Of a stretch of 64,000 nucleotides of DNA, positions 53,434-64,000 are shown one piece after another. The stretch's first letter is position 1; each line of letters begins with the position of its first letter. A model generated the notes under the pieces. It searched no databases and was not told where the DNA came from. It saw only the letters and a program-made list of their open reading frames with translations. The stretch is from an uncultured Gemmatimonadales bacterium (lineage in GTDB: Bacteria; Gemmatimonadota; Gemmatimonadetes; Longimicrobiales; Gaopeijiaceae). The position numbers were made by a program, and so were the translations under genes. Location: assembly GCA_963823035.1 (NCBI GenBank), contig CAWGKG010000025.1, positions 1 through 64,000 of the forward strand. Direction: 5' to 3'.

Positions 53434-55510
53434 CCGTTCTCCTCGCGGGGCGCAGCCGATCGGATGTACGGGTCCTTCGAGCGCGTGGCCTGCTGGAGGA
53501 TCTCCCGCACCTCGGGCTTGTCGGACCAGTTGTCGGCGAGCACGCGGAGCGCCTGGACCATCTCCAGCGAGGCCGGCGCGAGGCGCGCCCTGCCGAAGAA
53601 GGACTTCCCGGCGCTCACCAGGCCGACCAACGTGTTGAGCACGAGAGGCGACCGGCTACCGTTCAGCACCTTCACCGCGAGCGCCCGGATCTCCGGCGAG
53701 CGCTCGGGGCTGGTCACGACCCGGTTGACGAGCGTCGGCAGCACCGGGTCGGGCACCTCGATCTGCAACTCCAGCAGCGCCATGCGCACCAGGCGCTCGT
53801 CCCCGTCCGTGAGCGAGCCGACGAGGGCGCGGTCGCGCAGGCGCGGCTTTCTCAGGGCCAGCGGAAGAGCCTCGCGGCGCACGCGCGGATCCACGTGCTC
53901 GATGAAGGGCTGCGGATCGAAGTCCGCCGGCACACGGTCGAGCCGCACGAGGAGCGCCAGCATGTTGCGCGCGACGAACCAACGTGTGTCCGACTGCAGG
54001 CGCTCGACCGCCCGCCGGCCGACGAGCGGGCCCAGGCGCGACAGCGCCCCGAAGACCCGCCGGCGCACCGAGCGGTCGTCGGACTCGGCGAGGACGTCCA
54101 GGAGCGGATTGATCGCATCCTCTCCCATGTCCTCCACCAACGCCTTGAGGCCCGCGTCGTTCACGTTTCCGCCCGCCAGGAGGCGGCGGAACTGGTCGGG
54201 TGCCGTTAGATGTCGCCGGATCCGATCCGCGACCTCGTTGTCGGACTTCACGTCGCGGAGCATGTCGAGAAGCACGCCGACCCCACCCTTGTCCGCGAGA
54301 TCGAGCGTGGCCTTCGCCACGATCGGTCCCCAGGCGTCCACCTCCAGCCCCATCTGCACCAGCCGTAGGGCCCCCGCGAGCGGGTCGTCGCCATCCTCGC
54401 GGGACTCGAAGATCGGGGCGGACTTCGCGATCGCGTTCAGGACGTTGGTGTAGGCCTCCGGGTTGGGGTCTTTGAGCTCCCAGCCCGCGATGAGGGACTC
54501 GACGTTCTCCCGCAGCGCGGTGTCGGCCTGCGAGCGCTGGTTGCCGCGGCCGTGCTCGGCGTGCACGGCGAGCTTGCTGAGCAGGCGCGTCATCGAGTGG
54601 GAGATGGACTGCTCGGAGCTCTTCGCCGCCGCGGCGAGCACCTTCACCACCGAATCCACGGCGAGGCTCTGGTTCGCGTCGAGGAGGAATCGGCGCCGCT
54701 GCGTGATGTCACCCCCGAAGTGGACCAGGCGCCCGAGCGTGTCCTCGTCGAGTTCCCCGATGAGGCGGGAGAGCCGCCGGCGCACCTTCTCCGACTCGGC
54801 GCCCTCCGCGCCCTTCAGCTCGTCCGCGAGCTGGAGGAGGTACCCGACGATCACCTGGTCGTAGGCGGACTCCTTCCGGTGGGCGGAGATGCTACGCGCG
54901 ATCTCGGCGGCATCGGGGACCACGTCCAGCGGCTCGTCGGAGGCGAGCGCCGCCTGCGCGAGCCCGAGCCAGAGTGCCGTCGCCCGGTCTCCCTTGTCCC
55001 CGGCGGGCCCGCCCTCGATGTCCGTGATCTCCAGGCGCTCGTAGCCCACGCGGTAGAGGCTGGCGTGCTCCCAGTGCGGAGCCTCGTCCGGGGGAAGGAG
55101 GCCGAGCGGGGTGCCGCCACGCTCCGTCTCCTGCGCCAGGGCCCCGAGGAGGCCGGAGACCTCCGAGGCCCGCACGCCCTTCGCGAAGGAGAGGGCCGAC
55201 AACTGGTGCTCGTGGAGACGCCGGGCCAGGTCGGAGAGCACGGGGTGGCGCTGGTCCGTGGCGACGCCCTCGATCACGAGCTGGCGCTGGGCCACGCCGA
55301 TCGACAGGGTGCGACGCATGTCGAAGATCTCGGCGAGGCGCCCGATGATGTTCTCCACCACCGGCCTGAGCGACGGGTGCCCCGGGGGGTACATCGCATA
55401 GCGATGCACACCGATCGACAGCTCCACCAGGAACTCGCTCAGCTCCCGGGAGAGCGCGGGACGATCCGACGCCGTCAAGCTGTGGGTGGATTCGGTCAAG
55501 GAAAGAGCGC
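53430..55510 (-). CDS. HEAT-repeat protein (start uncertain)
   Basis: N-terminal MYPPGHP motif and C-terminal HEAT repeats (RWFVARNML, DPRVRREAL, DERLVRMAL); ATGA overlap with the HD-GYP gene. Confidence 0.8.
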
Positions 55511-55604
55511 TCGCCTGGCCTGTTTGGGTGCGCAGGATCCACGAACATACATTTCGTGTTGCCCGGCCGCGACGGTCGGGGCCACTCGGAACCGATGTGG
55601 AAAC

Positions 55605-56033
55605 GTGACGGACGACGATCGAGAGACCCAGCAAGGCCACGACGCCCTCGAAGTAGGGGGGCAGATCTCACTCTTCGGGTACGAGCCGACCCCGGCGACC
55701 GTTCGCCTCCGACCCCGCTCGCGCTCCTGGCGCGTCGGCGGCTCCGTGCGGACGATGGCCATCGCGCTGCTCGTGGCGCCGGTGATGGGACTCATTCCAC
55801 CCCACGTGCCGTGGGTCCTGGGCGCGCTCACGGGGGGCGGGCTCCTGGCCCGCCGTCGGTGGACGGAGCGCTTCACCGTGATGGGGGTGGAGGGTACGTG
55901 TCCGCGCTGCGGCGCGGCCGTCAAGGCGGCGAACGGCCGGCTGCGGAGCCCGCATCCGGCAGTCTGCGAGGCGTGCCACTTCGAGGCCTCCGTGCAGATC
56001 CCTCCCGAGGCTCTGGCGGAAAAGGTCGCCTGA
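55605..56033 (+). CDS. Hypothetical membrane protein with C-terminal zinc-ribbon-like CPRC...CEAC
   Basis: Two TM segments followed by two CxxC motifs in the 3' part of ORF 54552-56033. Confidence 0.6.
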   Translation: MTDDDRETQQGHDALEVGGQISLFGYEPTPATVRLRPRSRSWRVGGSVRTMAIALLVAPVMGLIPPHVPWVLGALTGGGLLARRRWTERFTVMGVEGTCPRCGAAVKAANGRLRSPHPAVCEACHFEASVQIPPEALAEKVA

Positions 56034-56076
56034 GACGCCCGACCAACGCTTCGGTCGACTGCGGTCACTCAGGGAT

Positions 56077-56634
56077 GTGAGACAGGCAATGGCGGTTCCC
56101 GAGCCCTCCGACAGGGACCTCTCCGATCGGATCGTCCGTGAGGGAGACGAGGCGGCCTTCCGCGTCCTCTACCGCAGGCACACGCCCGCGCTCCTCCCCT
56201 TCGTGCTCCGGGTGATGGCCGGTGCCGAGGCGGACGCCGAGGACGTGGTGCAGGACACGTGGCTGCGCGCCGTGCGGGCCCTTCCCCGGTTCCGGTGGGA
56301 GTCGTCCTTGCGCACGTGGCTGATGGGGATCGGGCTCAACCGTGCCCGCGAGATCCTCCGCAAGCACGCGCGCGTCCCGACGCCGGCCCCCGAGCACGTG
56401 GAGGCGTGGGTGGCGCCGCCGCCCACCGGGGATCGGCTCGATCTCGAGCGCGCCATCGCCTGCCTTCCCGACGGATACAGGACGGTCCTGCTCCTTCACG
56501 ATGTGGAGGGGTTCACCCATCCCGAGATCAGCGAGCGGCTGGACATCGCCATCGGCACGTCCAGGAGCCAGCTCCATCACGCACGACGCACGCTACGGCG
56601 GCTGCTGGACCCCGCCGCGGAGGAAGCCACATGA
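56077..56634 (+). CDS. ECF RNA polymerase sigma-70 factor
   Basis: GDEAAFRVLYRRH, AEDVVQDTW, SSLRTWL, LPDGYR..LLLHDVEGFTHPEI...GTSRSQLHHAR. Confidence 0.93.
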   Translation: MRQAMAVPEPSDRDLSDRIVREGDEAAFRVLYRRHTPALLPFVLRVMAGAEADAEDVVQDTWLRAVRALPRFRWESSLRTWLMGIGLNRAREILRKHARVPTPAPEHVEAWVAPPPTGDRLDLERAIACLPDGYRTVLLLHDVEGFTHPEISERLDIAIGTSRSQLHHARRTLRRLLDPAAEEAT

Positions 56635-57203
56635 CCGACCACGACCTTCCGGACGAGCTCACGCCCGACGAACGCCGGGCCTTCGCCGGCCTCCCGAGGG
56701 AGCGCATCCCCTCCGCGGCGCTCGAGGAGCGGGTGGTGGGCGCACTGCGCGCCGAGGGCCTGCTTCGCGGGTCATCGGAGACCGGGGGACCCACGGGCGG
56801 GCGGACCCGGCCGTGGATGGCAGCCGCGGTCGCGGCGGGGTTGGCGCTCTTCGCGTCCGGGGTCGCGGTGGGTCAGTGGAGCGCCGGCCGGGGGATGGCC
56901 GACGCCGTCTCGGCGGCGCTCGACCGGACCGCCGACCCCGCGCAGGCGGCCACCGAGGTCCAGGAGGCCGGCTCGGAGTACGTGCGGGCCGTGGCGCACC
57001 TCGCGGAGCTCGCCGGCGACGGGAGCGGCGGGGACGTCGCGTCGGGCACGGAGGCGGCACGCGTCGCCCTGCACGCGGCGGCGCTCGAGCTGGCCCGGCT
57101 CAGCCCGGACGACGCCACGCTGCGCCTGGTGCTCGCCGTGCTCGAGGAGCGGGCGGGTGCGGCGGCCGATTCGACCGTCCAGAGGAAGACGATCTGGTTC
57201 TGA
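56631..57203 (+). CDS. Putative membrane-anchored anti-sigma factor
   Basis: ATGA overlap with the sigma gene, single TM (WMAAAVAAGLALFASGVAVG), helical C-terminus. Confidence 0.6.
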   Translation: MTDHDLPDELTPDERRAFAGLPRERIPSAALEERVVGALRAEGLLRGSSETGGPTGGRTRPWMAAAVAAGLALFASGVAVGQWSAGRGMADAVSAALDRTADPAQAATEVQEAGSEYVRAVAHLAELAGDGSGGDVASGTEAARVALHAAALELARLSPDDATLRLVLAVLEERAGAAADSTVQRKTIWF

Positions 57204-57259
57204 CGACCACGCCATCGGCGAGGCCGGAGGCGCGACGATGACGATAAGGAGGTGGGGAG

Positions 57260-58381
57260 ATGGGGAACGCACGCAGGATCTGGAAGACGGCTACGGTCGC
57301 CTTGCTGCTACCCGCGAGCGCGGCCGCGCAAGCGACCGCCCGGAGCGGCGAGCGGCTGGTGTGCAAGGACGGAGCCGAGCCGGTGGGCTCGCTCGGCATC
57401 ACGGGCATCGCCTGCGATCGATGCCAGTTCTTCACCAACGGGAAGGTGCATCGGGCCGTGTTCTGGACCGAGCCGACGATCCTCGACCTGGACGGAGCGA
57501 ACCCGGCGGCGTCCGTGCTGCGGGAGGGTGACGTCCTCGTGGCGGTCGACGGACAGCTGATCACGACCCGGGGCGGGAGCGCCCTCTTCTCCGCCCTTCC
57601 ACCGGACGAGCCCACCCGGCTGCGTATCCGGCGCGACGGCAGGATGATGGAGCTGTCCGTTCCCGTGGCGGCCGCCTGCCCGACGACCAGGAGCGCGGAC
57701 GCGCCGGCGGTGGCGGGCCGACCCGTGCCGGTGCCTCCACCGCCCCTGGCCCGGGTCGCCCCGGCGCCGCGAGAGGCGCGCGAGCCTCGCGTGGGCATCG
57801 CGGTCGTCGCGCCGGCACCGCCTCGGCCGGAGGTGCCCGGGGAGCCCATGCTGCCGAGCGGCGTCGAGCCCCACGCGACCCTGGGATTCGGCTTCCGGTG
57901 CGACCACTGCGGGTACGGCACCGAGGTCGACGGCACCGGCCGCTGGACGTTCCGGTCTCCTCCCGAGGTCATCGGGCTCGACGAGGGGACGGGCATCGGC
58001 TCCTCCGCGCTACGGCGCGGCGATCTTCTGATCCGGCTCGACGGCCTGGACCTGGTCTCCGAGGAGGGAGGGCGCCGCTTCGCGAACATCCGTCCCGGTG
58101 AGGCGCTGACGTGGACGGTCGAGCGCGAGGGCAAGCAGGTCCGGGTCCTGACGCATGCATGGGAGCGGGCCACCGGCACCGCCGTCGCGCGCGCGGGGCG
58201 CGTCACGGCCGGGTCGCCGGAAACCGCCCCCCTCCGCTTCTCCGGCTCCGTCGGCAACACCACCGTCGAGGTGCGCGGGGGTCGGGTGAACGTGACGGAG
58301 GACGAAGGTGGCAAGCTCGTGATCATCCGCACCGCGGACGCCGAGATCCGCATCCGCGTTCCCGGCGGCGAGGGACGCTGA
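57260..58381 (+). CDS. Secreted tandem-PDZ domain protein
   Basis: Signal peptide; two PDZ-like units (LREGDVLVAVDG...RIRRDG and LRRGDLLIRLDG...VEREG) separated by a Pro-rich linker. Confidence 0.75.
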   Translation: MGNARRIWKTATVALLLPASAAAQATARSGERLVCKDGAEPVGSLGITGIACDRCQFFTNGKVHRAVFWTEPTILDLDGANPAASVLREGDVLVAVDGQLITTRGGSALFSALPPDEPTRLRIRRDGRMMELSVPVAAACPTTRSADAPAVAGRPVPVPPPPLARVAPAPREAREPRVGIAVVAPAPPRPEVPGEPMLPSGVEPHATLGFGFRCDHCGYGTEVDGTGRWTFRSPPEVIGLDEGTGIGSSALRRGDLLIRLDGLDLVSEEGGRRFANIRPGEALTWTVEREGKQVRVLTHAWERATGTAVARAGRVTAGSPETAPLRFSGSVGNTTVEVRGGRVNVTEDEGGKLVIIRTADAEIRIRVPGGEGR

Positions 58382-58436
58382 CGCGCCCGCGCGGCGGTCG
58401 GTCGGGTACCTTCCGGCCGCCGCGCGGCACCCTTCC

Positions 58437-61011
58437 CTACTCCGGCGCCTCGCGCAACACGGCGAGCGGGGGACGAGCCAGCAAGCTCCGGCTCCCCACC
58501 AGCCCCACGACCACCGTCAGGCCCGCCACCGCCAACCAGATCGCCAGCAAAGGAACGAGGTGCACCGAGTAGTCGACGTTGAAGACCCGGGGCACCATGA
58601 TCGCCGAGGCCACCCAGGAGAGGCCGAGCCCCGTGGCGGTGGAGAGCGTGCCGAGCGCCAGGTACTCCGAGAACAGCACGACCAGCACCTGGCGACGGCG
58701 GGCGCCCAGCGTCTTGAGGAGCGCACCCTCGCGCATGCGCTGCACGCGGGAGCTGGCCAGCGCCCCCACGAGGACGATCACCCCGGCCAGGGCCGAGAAC
58801 ACGCCGAGGAAGACGATGGCGTCACGCACGCGCGACAGGATCTCCTCGATCGCGGCCTGAACACGTGAGAAGTCGAGCGCGGACACGTTGGGGAACTCCC
58901 CCACCAGAGCCCGCTGGAAGGTCGCGCGCACCTGCGGGTCGGCGATGCGCGCCACCATGATGATCGTCTGGGGCGCCCGGTCCACCGCGCCCGGTTCGAA
59001 GATCGCGAAGAAGTTGGGCTCCAGCCGGTTCCAATCGACCGTGCGAATGCTGGTGACCACGGTGGTGACGTCGCTGCCGCCCACGTCCCATGTGATCGTG
59101 TCCCCGAGGTCGACCTTGAGGTCCGTCGCGATGCCCGCCTCCAGGGACACGCCCGCCAACCCGCCTGCGTCGACCCGCGTGCCGTCCTCGGACCCGGGCG
59201 TCCCGTCCCACCACCGACCGCGGACGAGCGATTCGGCGGGCCCGATCTCCGCCCGATAGGTGTTGCGGTACTCGCGGCGCAGCGCCCAGCGCTCCGGCCT
59301 GTCCCCGCGCAGGACGTCCTCGCCCCTCAGCTCCTCCGGCGTGCGGCCGTCGATGGCGGCGATGCGCGACACGATGATCGGCGCGATGTCCGCGTCGGCG
59401 CGTACGTCCTCCGGGAGCAGCGCGCGCACCCCCTCGAGCTGATCCGGCTGGATGTCGAAGAGGAGCACGTTCGGGCGGCCGGTGCCGAACGAAAGCGTGA
59501 GGTCGTCGACGAGGTTGCCCTGCACCTCGAGGACGGTCCCCACGATGAAGGCGCCGAAGCCGAGCGCGAGGGTCACGGAAACCGTCTGGTTCTGCGGGCG
59601 GAAGAGGTTGGACACCCCCTGGCGCACGGGATACGAGGCACGGGTCGGAAACAGCCGCCTCGTCAGCCGGGTGAGGGTCCAGCCCATGCCCGCGAGCAGG
59701 CCGACCGTCACGACGAGGGCCCCGGCGAAGGCGAGCCCGACCCCCGTCTCCGGTGCCTCCAGGACGCACAGGAGCACCACGCTGCCGAACAGCGCGGCGT
59801 AGGCGGCGAGGTGCACGAGGTCGCGGCGCCTGCGGGGCGGGTCGAAGTCCCGCCGGAGCGCCTGGAGCGGAGGCACGTCGCGGACCTGGAGGAGCGGGAT
59901 GAGGGCGAAGATCGCGGCGACCCACACGCCGATGCCGAGCCCCGCCAGCGCGGCCGTCACGGAGAAGTGCGTGGTGACCTCGACCGGAAGCACGCCCGCC
60001 ATCAACGTCGGGAGCCAGCGCTGGACGATCGACCCGACCACCACGCCCATCGCCGAGCCGACGAACCCGAGCGCCGCGGCCTGCAGCAGATAGGCCACGA
60101 ACACCGTCCACTGGTCGGAGCCGATGCAGCGGAGCACCGCGACGGAGGAGCGCTTCTCCCGGATGTAGACGTGGATCGCGCTGGCCACGCCGATGCCCTC
60201 CCAGAAGCAGTGCGCCCAGCCCGACCAGGCCGAGGAAGCGTCCCAGGAACCGCACCCCGTTCGACAGCCTGCGCGCCTGCTCTTCCGCCAGCGTGTAGCG
60301 GACCTCGGTGGCGTGGAAGATCGAGTCGTAGCGCTCGCCCAGCCGATCGCGAGCCTCACGATCGGGGAGCTTCAGGAAGACCTCGTAGCGGGCCAGGCTT
60401 CCGAAGCCCAGCAGGCCGGCCCGGTCCATGGTCCGCTGGGAGATGTACACCCTCGGCCCGATGGCCGTCTGGTAGCCGAAATCGGTGGGGAGGTCCTCCA
60501 CGGTGCCGAGGAGCGCGAGGCGTGCCCGCCCCACCACGAGGGTGTCGCCCGGTTGGGCACGCAGCTGGGTGAGCACGGCCGGGTCGGCCAACACGACGTC
60601 CCCGTCGAGCTGCCGTCCCCAGAGCCCCGCCGGGCTCGTGCGCACGTCCCCGTAGAACGGGTACGCCCCGTCCATCGCCTGCACCTGCAGGAGGCGCACG
60701 TCCCCGCTACCCGGGGCGAGGACCATCGACAGCGCCGTCGTGACGTTCGCGGTCTCCACCCCGGCGGCGTGCAGCGAGTCCACGATGCGCACCACCGAGT
60801 CGGGCAGCGCCCGGCTCGACTCCAGGCGGGCGTTGGCGCCCATGAGGACGTCCGCCTCCTCCTGCACCGAGCGCGCGACGTCGTCTCGGAAGGAGTGGAT
60901 CGACACCAGCGCCGCCACCCCCAGCGTGATCGACGCCATGTACACCCCGACGCGCCGCACCCCGTGGCGGCTCTCACGCAGGGCGAGGCGAAGGGCGAAG
61001 CGCGGCCTCAT
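58437..61011 (-). CDS. FtsX-like ABC permease, YbbP family (frameshift near 60200)
   Basis: ASITLGVAALVSI, YPFYG, AVLRCIG, FDIQPDQ, VDWNRLEPNFF, EGALLKTLGA. Confidence 0.88.
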
Positions 61012-61745
61012 CCGCCCGCCGCCTCTGGGGCGTCCGCGCCCGGGGAGGCGCTCGCCGACCGGCGCGACGTCGTGCCCGCGCGGTCGGACACGACCCTCCC
61101 GTCGGTGAGCCGGACCACGCGGTCCGCCCGCTCCGCCAGCGACAGGTCGTGTGTGACCAGCACGAGGGTGGTGCGCGCCTCACGGTTCAGCTCCTCCATC
61201 ATCCCGACGATGGTCGCCCCGGTCTCCTGGTCCAGGTTCCCCGTTGGCTCGTCCGCGAACAGGATGCGCGGCTCGTTCGCGAAGGCGCGGGCGAGGGCCA
61301 CGCGCTGTTGCTCCCCGCCGGAGAGCTGAGCCGGGTAGTGGTCGAGGCGGTCTCCGAGGCCGACCCGCTCGAGGAGGGAGATGGCCCGGCCCCGGGCGCC
61401 GCGCGCGTCGCCCTGCAGCTCCAGCGGCACCAGCACGTTCTCCAGCGCGGTGAGCGTCGGCAGGAGATGGAACGTCTGGAAGACGAACCCGACCCGGCGC
61501 GCACGAAACTCGGCACGCTGGTCTTCGGTAAGAGCGAACAGGTTCTGCCCGTCCAGGAGGACCTCTCCGGCGGTCGGCTCGTCCAGCCCGGCCAGGAGAC
61601 CGAGGAGCGTGGTCTTGCCGCTCCCCGAGGGTCCGACCACGGCCATGAAGGCCTCGGGCGGCACCTCCAGGTCGACGGAGCGCAGCACGCAGAGCGGCTT
61701 ACCACCGCTGGTATACGTCTTCTCGAGGCCACGGGCCACGATCAT
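61008..61745 (-). CDS. ABC transporter ATP-binding protein, YbbA/LolD family
   Basis: GPSGSGKTT, VGFVFQ, HYPAQLSGGEQQRV, FADEPTGNLD. Confidence 0.93.
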   Translation of the reverse strand: MIVARGLEKTYTSGGKPLCVLRSVDLEVPPEAFMAVVGPSGSGKTTLLGLLAGLDEPTAGEVLLDGQNLFALTEDQRAEFRARRVGFVFQTFHLLPTLTALENVLVPLELQGDARGARGRAISLLERVGLGDRLDHYPAQLSGGEQQRVALARAFANEPRILFADEPTGNLDQETGATIVGMMEELNREARTTLVLVTHDLSLAERADRVVRLTDGRVVSDRAGTTSRRSASASPGADAPEAAGG

Positions 61746-61748
61746 ACT

Positions 61749-62486
61749 ATGCACCGCCGACTCCTCCCCTGGATCTGCTTCGCGGCCCTCGGCTGCTCGG
61801 TGTCCGAACCGGCCGCCGATGCGGCCACGCGATCCGCTGCGGACTCCGCGACCCTCACGACCCCCGACTCCGTGCAGACCGAAGGACGGGGGCCGGTGGT
61901 CGTCTTCCTCGGTACGAGCCTCACCGCCGGTCTGGGCCTTCTCCGCGCGGAGGATACCTACGTGGCACGCCTGGGGGAACTGGCGGACTCCGCGGGCCTC
62001 CCGATCCGGCCTGTCAACGCGGGCGTCTCGGGGGAGACGAGCGCGGGGGGGCTGCGCCGGATGGAGTGGGTGCTGCGCGACCCGCTCGACATCCTGTGCA
62101 TCGAGCTGGGCGCGAACGACGGGCTGCGCGGACAGGACCCGGACGCCACGGAGGCCAACCTGCTCCAGATCGTGAAGGAGGCGCGCGCGCGCTACCCCGA
62201 CGTGCGCGTCCTCATCGAAGGGATGGAGGCCCCTCCCAACCTCGGCCCGGTGTACACCAAGCGCTTCCACGACATCTTCCCCTCGGTCGCGCGTGAGACG
62301 GACGCGGCGCTCCTCCCCTTCCTCCTCGAGGACGTGGCGGGGATTCCCGGGCTGAACCAGTCCGACGGCATCCACCCCACGCCGGAAGGTCATCGCATCA
62401 TGGCGCACAACGTGTGGCCCGTGCTCGAGCCGCTGGTGCGGGACTGGTACGCCGACCGCGCGGTGCCGGCAGGAGGGACACGATGA
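61749..62486 (+). CDS. tesA: Arylesterase / acyl-CoA thioesterase I (SGNH/GDSL), lipoprotein
   Basis: GTSLTAG, NAGVSGETS, ELGANDGLRG, PFLL, QSDGIHP; divergent from the ybbA-like gene. Confidence 0.88.
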   Translation: MHRRLLPWICFAALGCSVSEPAADAATRSAADSATLTTPDSVQTEGRGPVVVFLGTSLTAGLGLLRAEDTYVARLGELADSAGLPIRPVNAGVSGETSAGGLRRMEWVLRDPLDILCIELGANDGLRGQDPDATEANLLQIVKEARARYPDVRVLIEGMEAPPNLGPVYTKRFHDIFPSVARETDAALLPFLLEDVAGIPGLNQSDGIHPTPEGHRIMAHNVWPVLEPLVRDWYADRAVPAGGTR

Positions 62487-63049
62487 AGCGCCCGGCACTC
62501 AGCCCGGCGAGCATCCTCCTGGGCGCCGCGGCGACGGTGCTCGTGCTCTTCCTGGGGGTGGGCTGGCTCCTCCCCGGAACCTGGTCCGCGGAGCGCTCGG
62601 CGGTCCTGAGCGCGCCGCCGGCGGCGGTCTTTCCCTGGGTCGACTCGCCGAGCGGGTGGCAGCGGTGGACGCCGTGGCCCGACTCCGGGGTGGTGCGCGA
62701 GGGGCCGGAGCGCGGCGCGGGGGCCCGGCTGGCGTGGAACGACGAGGAGCTCGGCGACGGCTCCTTCGAGATCGTCGAGGCGAGGCCCGACTCGCTCGTG
62801 CGCTACCGCGTGGTCGTGCAGGAAGGGGAGATGTACACGGACGGCACGATGCGCCTGTCTCGCGACGGGGCGGGCACCCGCATCCAGTGGCGGGAGGAGG
62901 GCGACTTCGGGCGCAATCCCCTCATGGGCTACTGGGCGCGCTTCATGGAGCGCGCCCAGGGTAGGGAGCTGGAGAAGGCACTGGACCGCCTCGGTGCGCT
63001 GGCGGGGCAGGCGCCCGAGGAGGCGTCCGCCGAGTCCGGCGCGGGCTGA
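62483..63049 (+). CDS. SRPBCC family protein
   Basis: ERSAVLSAPPAAVF..V....W..WTPW, G.GA...W, GTRIQW, LEKALDRL. Confidence 0.8.
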   Translation: MKRPALSPASILLGAAATVLVLFLGVGWLLPGTWSAERSAVLSAPPAAVFPWVDSPSGWQRWTPWPDSGVVREGPERGAGARLAWNDEELGDGSFEIVEARPDSLVRYRVVVQEGEMYTDGTMRLSRDGAGTRIQWREEGDFGRNPLMGYWARFMERAQGRELEKALDRLGALAGQAPEEASAESGAG

Positions 63050-63071
63050 TCGAGCCCGGTCCGTCCCTGGG

Positions 63072-64000
63072 CTAGGCCTGCTGCCTCGCCCAGGTGATGA
63101 GGTCCCGGTTGGTCTTGGTCTTCTTCATGATGTTGAGCAGCTCGTTCATCCCCTCGGCCGACGGCACGCCGCCCAGCTGACGGCGCATCGCGCGCGACAG
63201 CCAGAGCGCGTCGTCGTCCAGGAGGAGCTCCTCCTTGCGGGTCGCCGAGGCGTTCAGGTCGATCGCCGGATAGATACGCCGGTCGGCGAGCTCGCGGGAC
63301 AGCACCAACTCGCTGTTCCCCGTGCCCTTGAACTCCTCGAAGATCACCTGGTCCATGCGCGAGCCGGTGTCCACGAGCGCCGTCGCGATGATGGTGAGCG
63401 AGCCGCCGCCCTGGTCGGGCGCGATCTTGCGTGCGCTCCCCAGGAACCGCTTGGGCTTCTCGAGCGACTGCGCGTCGAGGCCGCCGGACAGCGTACGCCC
63501 GCTCCCTTCCTCGACCGTGTTGTACGCCCGCGCGAGGCGGGTGATCGAGTCGAGGATGATGACCACGTCGTCGCCCAGCTCGACGCGGCGGCGCGCACGC
63601 TCGAGCGTCATCTCCGCGACCTGCGTGTGCCGGTCGGCCGGGCGGTCGAACGTCGAGGCGATGACCTCGCCGAAGCCGCACGACTCCATCTCGGTCACCT
63701 CTTCGGGACGCTCGTCCACGAGGAGGATGAGGAGGTGGCACTCCGGGTTGTTGGTGACGACGCCCTCGGCGACCGCCTGCAGCACCATCGTCTTTCCCGC
63801 CTTCGCCGGGCGCGACGATCATCGCGCGCTGACCCTTGCCCAGCGGGCAGAAGAGGTCGATGACGCGGTTGGTGTAGTCCGGCTGCCCGCGCAGCGTGCG
63901 CCCGCACTCCATCACGAGCTGATCGTCCGGGTGCATGGCGCTCAGGCGCTGGAACTCCGGACGCCGCTTCACCTCGTCGGGCTTGCGGTCGTTCACCCTC
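63072..64000 (-). CDS. rho: Transcription termination factor Rho (5' part outside window; frameshift near 63810)
   Basis: PLGKGQRAMIVAP, LVDERPEEVT, ASTFD, LDSITRLARAYN, TALVDTGSRMD, EEFKGTGNSE, TRKEELL. Confidence 0.95.

Overview
A very GC-rich bacterial chromosome segment. The gene repertoire suggests Gemmatimonadota/Longimicrobiales (inference only): BNR/VPS10 hydrolase, 6-bladed beta-propeller lipoprotein, M56-TonB fusion, HEAT plus HD-GYP pair, TonB receptor. Single-base frameshifts interrupt many otherwise intact genes, including rpe, trxC, egtB, egtD and rho, which fits uncorrected long-read errors better than real decay. In order, the window holds: TIGR01777 epimerase and a polyprenol-kinase-like gene; an Hpt / response regulator / MASE3-PAS hybrid kinase phosphorelay; PIG-L deacetylase, rpe and rpiA, divergent from DAHP synthase; trxC-argR-argC-argD-argH; a TonB-dependent receptor; an ergothioneine locus (egtB-egtD-egtA converging on a PLP dehydratase plus egtC) with a divergent betaine/ergothioneine-type ABC importer; transport and hydrolase genes; ECF sigma / anti-sigma / PDZ; ybbP-ybbA-tesA; rho. 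The most notable element is a minus-strand cluster at about 30.7-36.6 kb. It encodes a Campylobacter-type dba-dsbI pair, three paralogous secreted small peptides sharing [LV]xGxG-x6-CxxC...CxxxC, a stand-alone C39 peptidase, a CxxC thioredoxin-like protein, a YIP1-like protein and an ABC-2 transporter. This looks like an undescribed system for disulfide-bonded peptides (bacteriocin/RiPP-like), and the ORF track hides most of it. I recognised no rRNA, tRNA, CRISPR array or transposase.
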